Part shown: piece after piece, positions 35,016 to 45,412 of the stretch
How the letters are laid out: every line of letters starts with the position of its first letter
Numbering within the stretch: position 1 is the stretch's first letter
DNA from: an uncultured virus (IMG/VR IMGVR_UViG_3300029305_009146)
Taxonomy: Duplodnaviria; Heunggongvirae; Uroviricota; Caudoviricetes
DNA: 64,000 nucleotides
Virus record (IMG/VR): IMGVR_UViG_3300029305_009146
Strand: one strand, 5' to 3'
Position numbers and translations under genes: made by a program
Notes under the pieces: model-generated
The model's input: only the letters and a program-made list of their open reading frames with translations
The model's database searches: none
What the model was told of the DNA's origin: nothing

Positions 35016-35616
35016 TGCTGTTGTTTAAGTATTTATCAATGCATTTATCCAGATAGGAAAAATCCAAAGCAAAACCTCTGACTATTCTGCTACGATATAA
35101 ATCAAAGTTTGTGCTAAAGGTCTTTGTCTTTTTAAAGTTATTTTCGACATATTCCACTTTTACATCCCAGTTATCGGTCTCCTGTAAAATACAGTCCGGA
35201 TGGCTTTTAATGATGTCACAGAAGGCTTCTATACGCTCGGCTTCCAGAATAACCTTCAAAAAGTCCTTTTCCAATACACGAGGGTGGTCACACCCGTTCT
35301 CTTTGAACAGCGAAAACATTCTGTAGGAACCAATTGTCCCATTTCGAATATCTCCTATCCACGAAAACGCAAGTATAGCTACCGATGAGGAAAGGAGGAC
35401 TAAAATCACGCCTAAAACCGGTACATCTATAAAACAGATTGCCAAGCTCATAAGTGTTATTGCTGTTACCAAAGACAGTAACATTCCTAAAATGTTATAG
35501 AACGTATTTATCCGGGATAATTTTCGGAAGATTTTTTCTCCGAGTTGATTCATGGCGGTGGTGAGGAACTTCTTTAAGTCCTTTGATGTGTATTTTGGTT
35601 TAATGATATTTACCAT
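35008..35616 (-). CDS. Two-TM membrane protein
   Basis: Hydrophobic pair; RBS. Confidence 0.65.
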   Translation of the reverse strand: MVNIIKPKYTSKDLKKFLTTAMNQLGEKIFRKLSRINTFYNILGMLLSLVTAITLMSLAICFIDVPVLGVILVLLSSSVAILAFSWIGDIRNGTIGSYRMFSLFKENGCDHPRVLEKDFLKVILEAERIEAFCDIIKSHPDCILQETDNWDVKVEYVENNFKKTKTFSTNFDLYRSRIVRGFALDFSYLDKCIDKYLNNSND

Positions 35617-35657
35617 GACGTATTCTCCTTTTTTGCTTTTGATATTGGCGTTTCGTG

Positions 35658-36032
35658 TTAATTTTTCACGGGAACCATTACTATTTCACCGTTGATGCTG
35701 TTAAGTAAGTCACAATAATCAGCATATACACGATGGAGTTCGTTTTCATCATACGAGACCGGTTCTCTGCTGCATTCAATTCGAATACAGTCGTCTTTCT
35801 GTTCGATGATTGAAAGGCTAAGAGTCTTTGATAGTCCATCGACAAAACGTTCTCTGCCCTCTCCAAAAACATCAAAAGTCCCCATAAAAGGATTGTATCG
35901 CCCCTCTGCTACCGGATTTGTAGTGTCGATTAACTTTATGTCATATCCGGCGTCCTTTAACTTGCGAAAATCTCCAAAGCTTACACCCTTTCCCTTGGTT
36001 CCAACAAATAACATTTCGTCCTGCTTAAACAT
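35658..36032 (-). CDS. Hypothetical protein with a VirD4/TraG-like N-terminal fragment
   Basis: TKGKG...LKDAGYDIKLIDTTNP...YNPF. Confidence 0.45.
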   Translation of the reverse strand: MFKQDEMLFVGTKGKGVSFGDFRKLKDAGYDIKLIDTTNPVAEGRYNPFMGTFDVFGEGRERFVDGLSKTLSLSIIEQKDDCIRIECSREPVSYDENELHRVYADYCDLLNSINGEIVMVPVKN

Positions 36033-36127
36033 TTCATTTCCTCCTTTTATCTAGGTGGTTTTCTTTATAGAACTCAATACTGTTTCCTTGTGTCTGTTAT
36101 TCACCATAGCTGTTACTCCCCCTTGCG

Positions 36128-36823
36128 TTATTCTTCTTCCGTGTATTTCACCGTAAGAAGAACCTCTCCGTTCTTAAGTTCAAGAATGCTTTGTTTGACA
36201 TTTATACTGTACTGAATGTCGTCGCAGATAAATTCAGACTCATAAACAATTCCGTCTTCTCTGGCAAAGTTAATGGTTACTCTGTTTCCATTAAGGTGAG
36301 CGGCTAATACCTTCGTCTGAAGGAGTGTCTGTAGCTTGATAAGAAGAAAAATCTTATCGCCAATCGTCCGGTATATTTGGTCCGGCCAGATAGCTGTTCG
36401 GTGTTTATTGAATTCATCCCACTCTTTTTTAGCATCTTCTAATGTCTGGGCATTAGAGATTTTGTTTAACGAGTTCTGGTATAAATCATACTCTTCCTGT
36501 TCTCTTTTCTTGGAAATATAAGTTGTTTCCTGTAAAATAAAGGCAGAGATACATCCAATAATGAGCGTGAGAACCGCCAATGTAATATGTCCGGCTAAAA
36601 CCCATCCGGAAAAAAGTGTATTTGGCGAGTCAAGGAAATAGTTGAAAAGGAAGACCCAATACCCGATACAAAGCAGAAGGGCCGGCAAAGCAAAAGAAAA
36701 GGTCAGTCTGTTTCTTTGAATATCCTTACGATTAGTATTCGTGGACTCTACTGCCTCCGGAATAAGCGTCTCTTTGATATGGTTAAGTTCTGCGGGAAAA
36801 TCTACTGGGTTAATTGTCAACAT
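36128..36823 (-). CDS. Two-TM membrane protein
   Basis: Start at MLTINP with AAGGAG RBS. Confidence 0.65.
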   Translation of the reverse strand: MLTINPVDFPAELNHIKETLIPEAVESTNTNRKDIQRNRLTFSFALPALLLCIGYWVFLFNYFLDSPNTLFSGWVLAGHITLAVLTLIIGCISAFILQETTYISKKREQEEYDLYQNSLNKISNAQTLEDAKKEWDEFNKHRTAIWPDQIYRTIGDKIFLLIKLQTLLQTKVLAAHLNGNRVTINFAREDGIVYESEFICDDIQYSINVKQSILELKNGEVLLTVKYTEEE

Positions 36824-36893
36824 GGAAAAATCTCCTTTCAGTAAAATTTTTATAACAATCGCTCTTTTCTTGAAATACTGTTTGTACAATATA

Positions 36894-36922
36894 GTTAAGG
36901 AAAAAATAAAGCCCGGAATAAA
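36894..36922 (-). promoter_or_regulatory. Element promoter-like motif TTTATT-N16-CCTTAAC
   Basis: Exact match. Confidence 0.75.
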
Positions 36923-36967
36923 AATTCCGAGCTCCGGGTTAACATATTTCATTATACAAAATGCTGT

Positions 36968-37411
36968 TTAAGACAGCCTCATCCTTCTTTTATCTTTTTC
37001 CCATTCCTGGTATTTCTTTAACTTAGCCACTCTCTGACGGAGCTCGTTCCTTCTCTGGGTATTCTCCTCGGGGTCTTCATCAGCCATGAACTGGACCCAA
37101 CCGTTTAAATTCCGTTCGATATCAAGGATGAGGTCCCTCTCCAAATCCTCAAATCGAAAATCGTCAAGGAAGTGAATGGTCCTCTCTTTTCTCTCTTCGA
37201 TGATATAGATGCTTCGGTTGTATGCGGTCATAACCAGCGTAAAGGTCCCGGCTCCCTCGGAGTCAAACACAACCACGCCATGTCCGTTTTCGTGAAAATC
37301 GATAAAAGCATCCAGTAAGTCTATCGGGACATCTGTAAGATAACTTGCTCGGCCGGAGAACCAGTTTCCGAGTTTAAAATCACACCAACCATACTTAGGA
37401 TTAGAAATCAT
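36968..37411 (-). CDS. Hypothetical protein
   Basis: PKYGW...ASYLTDVPIDLL...FDSEG; RBS. Confidence 0.65.
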   Translation of the reverse strand: MISNPKYGWCDFKLGNWFSGRASYLTDVPIDLLDAFIDFHENGHGVVVFDSEGAGTFTLVMTAYNRSIYIIEERKERTIHFLDDFRFEDLERDLILDIERNLNGWVQFMADEDPEENTQRRNELRQRVAKLKKYQEWEKDKRRMRLS

Positions 37412-38457
37412 AAGGTACTCCTTTCTTGCTTTTTTATAGATATTCTCTTTCAGCAGCTAATACGCTGTTGAGTGCCAGAGTGAGAGCTTTCTTTTTTTCT
37501 GAATTCCCTTCGGAATCGTTGAGGATAGAAAGTAACTTCCCTTTTACGAGAGCCGAAAACTCAAGAATAGCTTTTGGGGTATCATTGGGATATTCCGGGC
37601 CATCAAGAAGAATCCAGTTTGTAACGAGAGCATTATCGTCTTTGCAATGTTCTCTTACATTGTCCACCAACTCTGTCAAATTGTCGGAGGAAATTCTTTC
37701 ATTTATCATTACAGTTATAGCTCCATTCCTCGTGGATGTTTCAAATACAACATAATAGGTGTGCATCATAATCTATTCCTCCTCTTTGGTATCATTTGTT
37801 GTGTCCAAGAACCAATTGTGGGTTAGTTTGCTAATGATAATAAAAACAACGCTTAAGCCAACCAAAATAGCCGAAATCCATATTTTGGAAGAAAGAGCTT
37901 CTTGCACGGTGAGGCGCGAAGCCATTCCATCAATACACATAAGTCCAAAATTAAAAATACCGGAAGCAGAACAAAGGACTGAACAAAACATTGAAATAAC
38001 AGCCACAATAAGATAAAACAGGGCACGAAGCCCATATGTTTCTTTGATATCTGATAGCTCCTGCTTGAGATTGATTTTTTCGTTACAAGACATAATTTAT
38101 TCCTCCTCTTCTTCAACATCAATCGTTTCGACCTTTATAAAAATCCTTGCCCTGCCAGACCCCGGCCGTCCCAAAACAATTGGAGAAGTTTCTTTACGTT
38201 TTTGCCACTTATACTTTATAAGCTTCCAGATGCCCTTTCCGAAAAGAACAATAGAAATGATAACATGGATACAACAAAGAGTAGAAATCATAACCGTATC
38301 TATAATGGATAGTAATTTAGGCGAATCTGGATATGGATTAAAAAGAATGGTTAAAAAACCAAGGATTGACACAAAGATAAACACTACAGCAATCCAAAAA
38401 CATTCTTTTGCATCTTTCTTTAAGTTTTCGTCCATAAAGCCTCTCCTTGTTTTAGAA

Positions 38458-38907
38458 TTAATCGTTTAAGCAAACACGGTACACGTATTCCCCGATGTCA
38501 CCTGTCTCTATCTTAGATGCGTATTTTAGCTCTAAGTTTTTGTTTTTAAAGAAATTGTGAACTGCTTGCAAGCATGTTTTGTTGTCGGGGTGTATCGTCA
38601 CTTCTATGTTTTCTACATTGGCTGATATTGCGTAGTTATAAAGAGCATTCAATAAGGTATGTGAATATCCCTTTTTTCTGTGCTCTGTTAATACACCAAG
38701 TTGCCAAATGAAACAGGTTTTGTCTTTAAGAATCGAAGTGATGAAGCCTATCGGGCCATGTTCGTCTTCAAGGATATAGCTTGCTTCGTTAAATAGTGTT
38801 GCAATCACCCAGTATGTATACTTTGTGTGTATATCTAAGCTGCCACACTCATTGGCTAGGCTTTGGAGCAAATCTACGTCGCTTTCAGTAATATTTCTAA
38901 GTTTCAT
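38458..38907 (-). CDS. GNAT acetyltransferase, EctA-like
   Basis: LDIHTKYTYW, FIWQLGV...RKKG, VTIHPDN. Confidence 0.75.
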   Translation of the reverse strand: MKLRNITESDVDLLQSLANECGSLDIHTKYTYWVIATLFNEASYILEDEHGPIGFITSILKDKTCFIWQLGVLTEHRKKGYSHTLLNALYNYAISANVENIEVTIHPDNKTCLQAVHNFFKNKNLELKYASKIETGDIGEYVYRVCLND

Positions 38908-38924
38908 TTTGCGGTTCTCCTTCC

Positions 38925-39416
38925 TTAAGTTATCGTCCACCAATAGTCAAACACCTTTTTGTATGCTCCGCCGGAATGCAGTTCTCCCTTATATCTCCGC
39001 ACTTGGCGATTGGAGAACTTCTTAAAGAAATCAGATGGATTCCCTCTTTTGTTTCCACTTCCACGATAGAGTCTCTTATAATAAGGCTTGGGGTTCTCGA
39101 TATAGCCATATCCTCGGATGTGGATTTCGTCTTTATACCAAACAGGGGGCGGATATCCGGTACAGTTCTGATGCAAGGTTTTAAGGTGATTCTTATATAC
39201 CAAATCCCTCTCTCGCTTATTTCTTCTCTTTTTCTTAGAATTGTTGACCGGCAGGGTTTCTTCCGGACAGGCATCTTCGCATCGCCCAAAGATATAGACC
39301 TTGCCGCCAACTTTATCACAATCCATAAACTGTTCGGCATTATCTTCATCTCCATGGAAAAGGATTCTTCTTTCGTAATCCGGGGCTCCCAGCGGACAAT
39401 CTTTACAATTTGTCAT
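38925..39416 (-). CDS. Basic hypothetical protein
   Basis: Cys-rich N-terminus; C-terminus NRQVRRY...YKKVFDYWW. Confidence 0.65.
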   Translation of the reverse strand: MTNCKDCPLGAPDYERRILFHGDEDNAEQFMDCDKVGGKVYIFGRCEDACPEETLPVNNSKKKRRNKRERDLVYKNHLKTLHQNCTGYPPPVWYKDEIHIRGYGYIENPKPYYKRLYRGSGNKRGNPSDFFKKFSNRQVRRYKGELHSGGAYKKVFDYWWTIT

Positions 39417-39493
39417 AAAATCTACCTCCCTTTATCGAATGTAGAATTATGAACGAGGTATCCAATTCTACATTCTAAATTGTAATTATTATT

Positions 39494-39522
39494 GTTAAGG
39501 AAAAAATTATGAAGGAAATAAA
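39494..39522 (-). promoter_or_regulatory. Element promoter-like motif TTTATT-N16-CCTTAAC
   Basis: Exact match. Confidence 0.75.
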
Positions 39523-39534
39523 AAAGAGCAGAAT

Positions 39535-40641
39535 TTAATCTGCCCTTTTTCGGCGCTTAAAAAGTATGTTATAAACGGCTCTTTCTAGGAAATTCAAATT
39601 TTGTCCTGATGAAAGCAACGCGGTTCCCTCTTCCGGGGTAATCTCCGGAATATCCTCTCTTATATCGCGAGGCGGAATAAATCCAATCTCTTCACCAAGG
39701 GTGTATGCCATATTGTCCATGCAGTCAACCGACTCCGGAGCAATATCCAAAACATCCAGCCATTCGTGGGCCTTCCTTGAGGGGTTTAAAACATAAATAC
39801 AACTACAGAGATTATACATAGCTTGCGATGTTCTTGAACCGAAGCTCCCTTTTTCAACACTCCCCACGCAGATTCCGGCGTGTCTTCTCAGTCTTTTGAC
39901 AAACGAAATAATGAACTCATCTGAGTCTTTTTTCAGTAATGCATCAAGATGAGGAATGTAAACCCACGTAAACTTATCGGTATTGCGGAACTTCTCATGG
40001 ATTGCCGGAAGCAAATGGCTCAAAACCGAAATGACGATTGCAGCCTTAAGACGGTCATCAATGGAATCCATGTGTAAAATGATACATCTTTGGTCAAAAT
40101 CTATGTTTGTGTTCTCAGAAACACATCCGAGCCGACTTATCTGATGGACAAAGAGTTTGGTCTGTGAATCCTCTTCTTTTGCAAGCTCTGCGAGAATATC
40201 AGCCATAGTTCTACGCTCCCGTTCAAGAGCTCGGTTTACCGCGTTTCTAATAGCAGCGGTGGCAGAACTCGTGTGTAGCGTAGAAGGAAGAAGCTCCATA
40301 GATTTCATCATGGCAAGCAGGGTATCAATAGCCCTAAACACTTCATCCTCGCTATCATTCGGGATAAAAGTTGACTGATATAGAGGAGCAACAAGAGCAT
40401 GCTCTCCCATGAGAAGACTGATTCTCTTGGCTCCATACGCCTTCAATTCCGGGCCGTAATCCCCGAAGGCATCAATTACAACGACATCGTTATTTGTGTT
40501 TCGAAGGACATCGATGATATCTGTTTTCATTACAAAGTTCCCGGCCTCTCCGGGGTCTGCCACAATAAGAGTGTTGTAGCAACGAAGGTCTAAGCTTCTC
40601 CGTTTTCTAAGAGCTTCAGTAAAAATATTTTCAGTCATCAT
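39535..40641 (-). CDS. Degenerate VirB4/TraE-like ATPase domain
   Basis: NTLIVADPGEAGNF (Walker A lacks GK), VVVIDAFGDY, TWVYIPHLD (Walker B lacks DE), KRLRRHAG. Confidence 0.55.
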   Translation of the reverse strand: MMTENIFTEALRKRRSLDLRCYNTLIVADPGEAGNFVMKTDIIDVLRNTNNDVVVIDAFGDYGPELKAYGAKRISLLMGEHALVAPLYQSTFIPNDSEDEVFRAIDTLLAMMKSMELLPSTLHTSSATAAIRNAVNRALERERRTMADILAELAKEEDSQTKLFVHQISRLGCVSENTNIDFDQRCIILHMDSIDDRLKAAIVISVLSHLLPAIHEKFRNTDKFTWVYIPHLDALLKKDSDEFIISFVKRLRRHAGICVGSVEKGSFGSRTSQAMYNLCSCIYVLNPSRKAHEWLDVLDIAPESVDCMDNMAYTLGEEIGFIPPRDIREDIPEITPEEGTALLSSGQNLNFLERAVYNILFKRRKRAD

Positions 40642-41074
40642 AAAAACAAGTCTCCTTATCTGGTGTTTGGCTATTCTTCAACTTCCCAGTTATAATCTTT
40701 AAACAGCCGTCGTATAGAAGAAATTCTACTACCCAGAGAAAGATGTTCGTCGGAATCAAGGGTCTCATTTTTAACACCATTCTCTGCAACGGAAAGGGCT
40801 TCTTCCAGTTTCTTCTGGATTTCTGTTAATCTCCAGACATTATGCTTATGAATGACAGCAATCAGAGTCTCTCTAATTTCACGTAACATTGGGATATCGT
40901 ATGGTTTTACAAACAGAGAATATAATCCCAAAGCGAATGGCTGTCCACTGATAATGTCCCGAGTCACTCGCTCAAGGTGCTTATTCAGATTTTCTGTCAT
41001 TTCACAAGTATCCAGATATTTTGTGCAATATTCTTTTCCCTTTCTACGCCAATTACGTAAAAGCTGTTTGTATG

Positions 41075-41455
41075 TCATGGATTCGTCTCCTCCTTATCCC
41101 TTATTGTGTAAATATCCCCAACTGCAGAGATTACTTCATAGTTCTCATAAATCTCCTTATATGCCGATGAGTCTGTGACTGTTACAGTGTATTCGTATCG
41201 ACCGGTAGTGACCTCTTTGCTGGTGATTGATTCCACAAGAGGCTCTACCAGCCCAGTAAGCGCCATTCCAAAGAATAGAACAAGGAAAGCGATTAACCCA
41301 AGCTCTCTCTTGTCAAAATACTTTCCAATTAAGAACAAGCAAAAAGCAATCCCTACAACAGAAATAACATATAAGACCGGGACGATAAAGGTCCAATCCG
41401 GTACAACGGTTTCAATGATTTCCTCTTTTGATAAAAGTTCAATTCCTGCTAACAT
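41075..41455 (-). CDS. Two-TM protein, TGxYEY family paralog
   Basis: EVTTGRYEY...KEIYENYEVI...GDIYTIRDKE. Confidence 0.7.
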   Translation of the reverse strand: MLAGIELLSKEEIIETVVPDWTFIVPVLYVISVVGIAFCLFLIGKYFDKRELGLIAFLVLFFGMALTGLVEPLVESITSKEVTTGRYEYTVTVTDSSAYKEIYENYEVISAVGDIYTIRDKEETNP

Positions 41456-41883
41456 AAAGAACTCTCCTTTTTTGTATTTATTCTTAGGCCACCACAGGAC
41501 GGGCATTCTCTCATGGATTCGCTGTTAAGCCCTCCACAATAGAGACATTCCCAGTCTGTAGTTGGGAGAACTACTTTCTCGATGTTAAGTTCAGAGTCAG
41601 TTTCTAAACCCGGTTCGGAGGTCTCTTCCTCAGCGGGGCATTCTTCGTAATCATCAGTTGTGCCGCGGGATAGTGCGACTCCGGCAACCAAAAGAATGCC
41701 TGCAAACAATCCGTTAGGCATAAAAGCCGAGATTATGACAGCATCACCATTAAACACTCCGGAGGTAGCAACTTCAACTACTCCACCGGCTAATGTGATT
41801 ATCGTTCTAACCAAGAAAGCGATACTAACTATTATCATGACAAATGAAACAATTTTCTTCATAAGACGCAGCTCTTCGCTCAT
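41449..41883 (-). CDS. Membrane protein with C-terminal zinc ribbon
   Basis: WECLYCGGLN...CPSCGG. Confidence 0.65.
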   Translation of the reverse strand: MSEELRLMKKIVSFVMIIVSIAFLVRTIITLAGGVVEVATSGVFNGDAVIISAFMPNGLFAGILLVAGVALSRGTTDDYEECPAEEETSEPGLETDSELNIEKVVLPTTDWECLYCGGLNSESMRECPSCGGLRINTKKESSLC

Positions 41884-42046
41884 AAATTAGTCCTCCTTCT
41901 TTTGAAAGAAAAGTAAAATCAATAAAATCGGAATCAAAACAAATAACGGAGGAGAAATAAGCTTATATAACAGTGGCAAGTTATGGGATAAAACCAACAC
42001 AATTATACACAAGATAATAGCTATCCCCTCAAGAATTGCTATGGTT

Positions 42047-42520
42047 TTATTCATTAGATGTCTCGCTTTCTAAAACAGTGTCAAAATATTCCAGTTCCGT
42101 CTGATATGGTTCGTCTCTCCAAAGATAGGCAATTAATGTCCGGGATTCGATATCAACCTCTGTAGACTTAATTCCACTCATGGAATATTTGTTTCCATCC
42201 GGGAACACTGCTGCGGTATAAGAAGCGCGCTCGTTTGTAAAATAAATCCACATTGGAGTCTGAAACCAAGTTACCTCTCCAAAACAAGAATTACGGGAGA
42301 TTGAAAAAGAGCTATCGACCCCTCCGCTGCTTGTAGGCACTAACAAATAGCCGATTTCTTTTCTTAACACCTCTCCGTTGCCAAAATGGAGTTCTAAGAA
42401 AATTGGCGGTTCTTCTACAGGCTCGTTTGTCTCTACACTTGGAGCCGGTACCGAAATCTCTCCACACCCGGCACAAAACAAAAGTAAAGCACATAACAGT
42501 AAAATAATGGACTTTTTCAT
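42047..42520 (-). CDS. Lipoprotein
   Basis: Signal peptide with CAGC lipobox. Confidence 0.7.
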   Translation of the reverse strand: MKKSIILLLCALLLFCAGCGEISVPAPSVETNEPVEEPPIFLELHFGNGEVLRKEIGYLLVPTSSGGVDSSFSISRNSCFGEVTWFQTPMWIYFTNERASYTAAVFPDGNKYSMSGIKSTEVDIESRTLIAYLWRDEPYQTELEYFDTVLESETSNE

Positions 42521-42834
42521 GCGTTATTCTTCCTCCTCTTTTGGTTCATAATAACTCTTCGGCGGCTCGTAATGATTATGTTTACAGTTCTTGCACAGCT
42601 CTGTATGTCGGTCACGACATCTGTCATTTGCGATGCAATGCACTAATGCAGAAGAATTTTCTTCGTTTCGTGGTGGCTCATAACACGATATCGCCCAGTA
42701 TACAGCAGCAACAAAAACAATGATTACCAAACACATTATCATAATAGCTAGCCCATTCATTATAGCGCCTCCTTCTCATTTAAACATGTCTTCTTTAAGG
42801 TTTCAGCTCCGTTTGGCATATGTAAGCCCTCCTC

Positions 42835-43290
42835 TTACTGTTTTGCGCCACATTCCGGGCAAAATTTATTATCGTCCTTTATCTTGGACTTGCAGCCGGA
42901 ACAAACATTATCAGCTACTTCCCGGTCTCTAACGATATAAATCTCACCTTTGGAGCCTACTACTTCATACTGTTCGTAAACTTCTTTCATTGTCGAAGCG
43001 TCAGATATGAGAACTTCGTATTCGTATCGTCCCGTAGGAACCTCTACGTATGCCTTTGTATAAAAATGAAATCCGGCTATTAAAGGTACTATAGCGGCAA
43101 AAGACAAAACTGTTGGCCACCATGTCTCGATTTTACACCAATCCCTTATTTCAATTCGTGCTACAATTATTGCTAAGACAATAAAAAGAACAGCAACAGT
43201 GAGCCCTAAAATCAAAGGAATCCATCCGTTTTTTGCCAACTGCATTGTTGTTATTTCAGTCTTTTTTAAGACTTCCATGCCATGTATCAT
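42835..43290 (-). CDS. Two-TM protein, TGxYEY family paralog with zinc ribbon
   Basis: EVPTGRYEY...CSGC...FCPECG. Confidence 0.7.
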   Translation of the reverse strand: MIHGMEVLKKTEITTMQLAKNGWIPLILGLTVAVLFIVLAIIVARIEIRDWCKIETWWPTVLSFAAIVPLIAGFHFYTKAYVEVPTGRYEYEVLISDASTMKEVYEQYEVVGSKGEIYIVRDREVADNVCSGCKSKIKDDNKFCPECGAKQ

Positions 43291-43305
43291 AGGTATTTCC
43301 TCCTT

Positions 43306-44124
43306 TTATCTTTTGGTTCCGCATTCCGGACAAAACTTATCGGTTTCGTTTAATTGAATTCCACAAGTAGCACAAGGGTTGCTTATGGTGATTTTAACAG
43401 TTTCTTTCATACCAAAAGGCTCTGCGCCAGAGGTTATGCGTACCTCGATATAAACCTCATGCTCTCCTTCTACAAAGGTATCAGACACATTCCAATCAAT
43501 AAACTCGCCCGGAGCAACATCACAGGATTGAAAGATAATCTCATCCGTAGATTTGTCTGTTACTTTATAAGAGAATGTTACTGTATTCTCTTTTGGATTA
43601 TAAAGGCGGCAGGTAGGATTATCTCTATCAATAATCATATCTTTAAAATTCGGGAAAGAAACCGGCACCAGTGCTTCATCTAATGTTTCATTGTTACAAA
43701 TCTGATTGTGACACTTTCTGCAAAACGTATCGGTTCGTCCATACTTTTCTCCACAAAAATCGCAATGCCAATCTACGTGTTCTTTATCACGAAGAGTGTA
43801 GATATCGCCTCTGGTCTCAATAATTTCATATCGCGCATAAACTTCTTTCATGTCTACGGTGCCGTCAAAAACTACCTCATACTCGTACTTGCCGGTCGGC
43901 ACTTCCTTTGGAAACCCATAAGCAGCTATAATTACCGGAAGCGTACAAAATACGGCGAGAAAAAGGATTGAAAAAAATAAACCAAAATCCTCTTCATAAC
44001 ACGCTTTTGCAATTCCTGCAATAAGTCCGACCGCAAGAATGATAATGACAAGGGCTGTTGCCCAAACGGGAAAGTCCTTTTCTAAAATCTCTGTCTTCTT
44101 CAAAATATCCATACCTTCAATCAT
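43306..44124 (-). CDS. Two-TM TGxYEY paralog with two zinc ribbons and a beta-sandwich insert
   Basis: EVPTGKYEY; LYNPKEN...IFQSCDVAPGE; FCPECG. Confidence 0.7.
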   Translation of the reverse strand: MIEGMDILKKTEILEKDFPVWATALVIIILAVGLIAGIAKACYEEDFGLFFSILFLAVFCTLPVIIAAYGFPKEVPTGKYEYEVVFDGTVDMKEVYARYEIIETRGDIYTLRDKEHVDWHCDFCGEKYGRTDTFCRKCHNQICNNETLDEALVPVSFPNFKDMIIDRDNPTCRLYNPKENTVTFSYKVTDKSTDEIIFQSCDVAPGEFIDWNVSDTFVEGEHEVYIEVRITSGAEPFGMKETVKITISNPCATCGIQLNETDKFCPECGTKR

Positions 44125-44159
44125 TTTGATGCCTCCTCGGTAAAATTCAACTCATATAC

Positions 44160-44188
44160 GTTAAGGAAAAAATAAGGGCTGTTTTAAA
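44160..44188 (-). promoter_or_regulatory. Element promoter-like motif TTTAAA-N16-CCTTAAC
   Basis: Intergenic, after a terminator. Confidence 0.65.
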
Positions 44189-44237
44189 AGTTTTTAACAA
44201 AAAAGCCTGCAAATTGCAGGCCTTCTGTTATAAAATT

Positions 44238-44879
44238 TTATTTTACTTTTTGTAAAAACAATCTGTGATATGTGTGAATATCCGGATAGTTTTCTTTGAG
44301 GTATTCTTCATGCAAAAGATAGTCTTTCATAGTTTCCGCAAAAAACTCGTGTACCGTAGACGTCGCATACAGAATGTCCGTCTGATACCTATCGTCTTCG
44401 GGGATTCCCGAATAGGAATACGTAATATATCTTCCTTCTTTATACTTTTCATAAAGCTCTGCTATTTCTTTCGAATCAGACTCTTTAAAATATCGGTCCG
44501 TGTAATGGCAGAATTCGTGAATTGCAATATCACGAACAGCGTTTTCGTAGTCCGGGACCCCGCAAATCGTAATTGTTTTGTAGGTATAATTGATTAAGCC
44601 GACAATAGACGAATCCCCTCCAAAACGTTCATAATTTTCCACTTCTTCCAGCTCTCTCAGAAGAACGATTTTCCAGTCGTTTTCTACAAAAGAACGAATC
44701 ACCTCTTTGGGGAGAATTTTTATAGCTTTTTCGACCTCATCTATCATTTCCGGTGCAGCATCACTCGAAATGGTGATATTTACATTAAACTGCTCTTCTT
44801 TCACACTCTGGCTCTTTCCGATAAGCCAGATAGAAATAAAAATGACGTTCAGCAAAACGATGCAGATAAGTTTTTTCAT
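44238..44879 (-). CDS. Exported zinc metallopeptidase (ATLF/PPEP-like)
   Basis: HEFCH (HExxH) plus YA....HEFFAE; N-terminal signal. Confidence 0.75.
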   Translation of the reverse strand: MKKLICIVLLNVIFISIWLIGKSQSVKEEQFNVNITISSDAAPEMIDEVEKAIKILPKEVIRSFVENDWKIVLLRELEEVENYERFGGDSSIVGLINYTYKTITICGVPDYENAVRDIAIHEFCHYTDRYFKESDSKEIAELYEKYKEGRYITYSYSGIPEDDRYQTDILYATSTVHEFFAETMKDYLLHEEYLKENYPDIHTYHRLFLQKVK

Positions 44880-44896
44880 AAAAACTCCTCCTGTGA

Positions 44897-45364
44897 TTAA
44901 TTTTCCCGGGAAGCATTCTCACCGAGAAAATCGGAAACTCTGCCGATTTCAGGGCCTGTGCAGTCTTTGGGGGAAAAATGAATTTCGATATCATCTTCCG
45001 CTTTTTCTTCTCTTTTTACTTGGTCCGCAAGCGCCTCCTGTGCAGAAGTCATGTTTTGCATCTGGGTTACCATCATCATCTGCAAGCATTTTTCAATCTC
45101 TTTGTTCTGTGATTTTTCTTCTTCGGCTTTTAACTTCTCATCCAGCTTTTTCTCTTCGTATGCACGGTTCTTTTTCTTAATACGACGACGGATACGAGCC
45201 ATATTAATGGCATCTACAAGGGAAATGACAGCAATAACGAGCAGAATAATGACTACAATCCCCGAGAATACGGAATTGTTTAATGGGGACGGAAGTTTTG
45301 AGAGCAAGTCTCTGTAGAGCCCTGTAGATTCAAACCATTCGATTATCTTTGTATACATACACAT
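44897..45364 (-). CDS. Single-TM coiled-coil protein
   Basis: TM followed by a basic coiled coil. Confidence 0.65.
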   Translation of the reverse strand: MCMYTKIIEWFESTGLYRDLLSKLPSPLNNSVFSGIVVIILLVIAVISLVDAINMARIRRRIKKKNRAYEEKKLDEKLKAEEEKSQNKEIEKCLQMMMVTQMQNMTSAQEALADQVKREEKAEDDIEIHFSPKDCTGPEIGRVSDFLGENASREN

Positions 45365-45374
45365 CTCTCCTTTT

Positions 45375-45405
45375 AAAAGGGGAGGGGAAAACCCCTCCCC
45401 TTTTT
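45375..45405 (-). terminator. Intrinsic terminator after the giant adhesin
   Basis: GGGGAGGGG/CCCCTCCCC stem flanked by A/T tracts. Confidence 0.8.
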
Positions 45406-45412
45406 GATTTTG

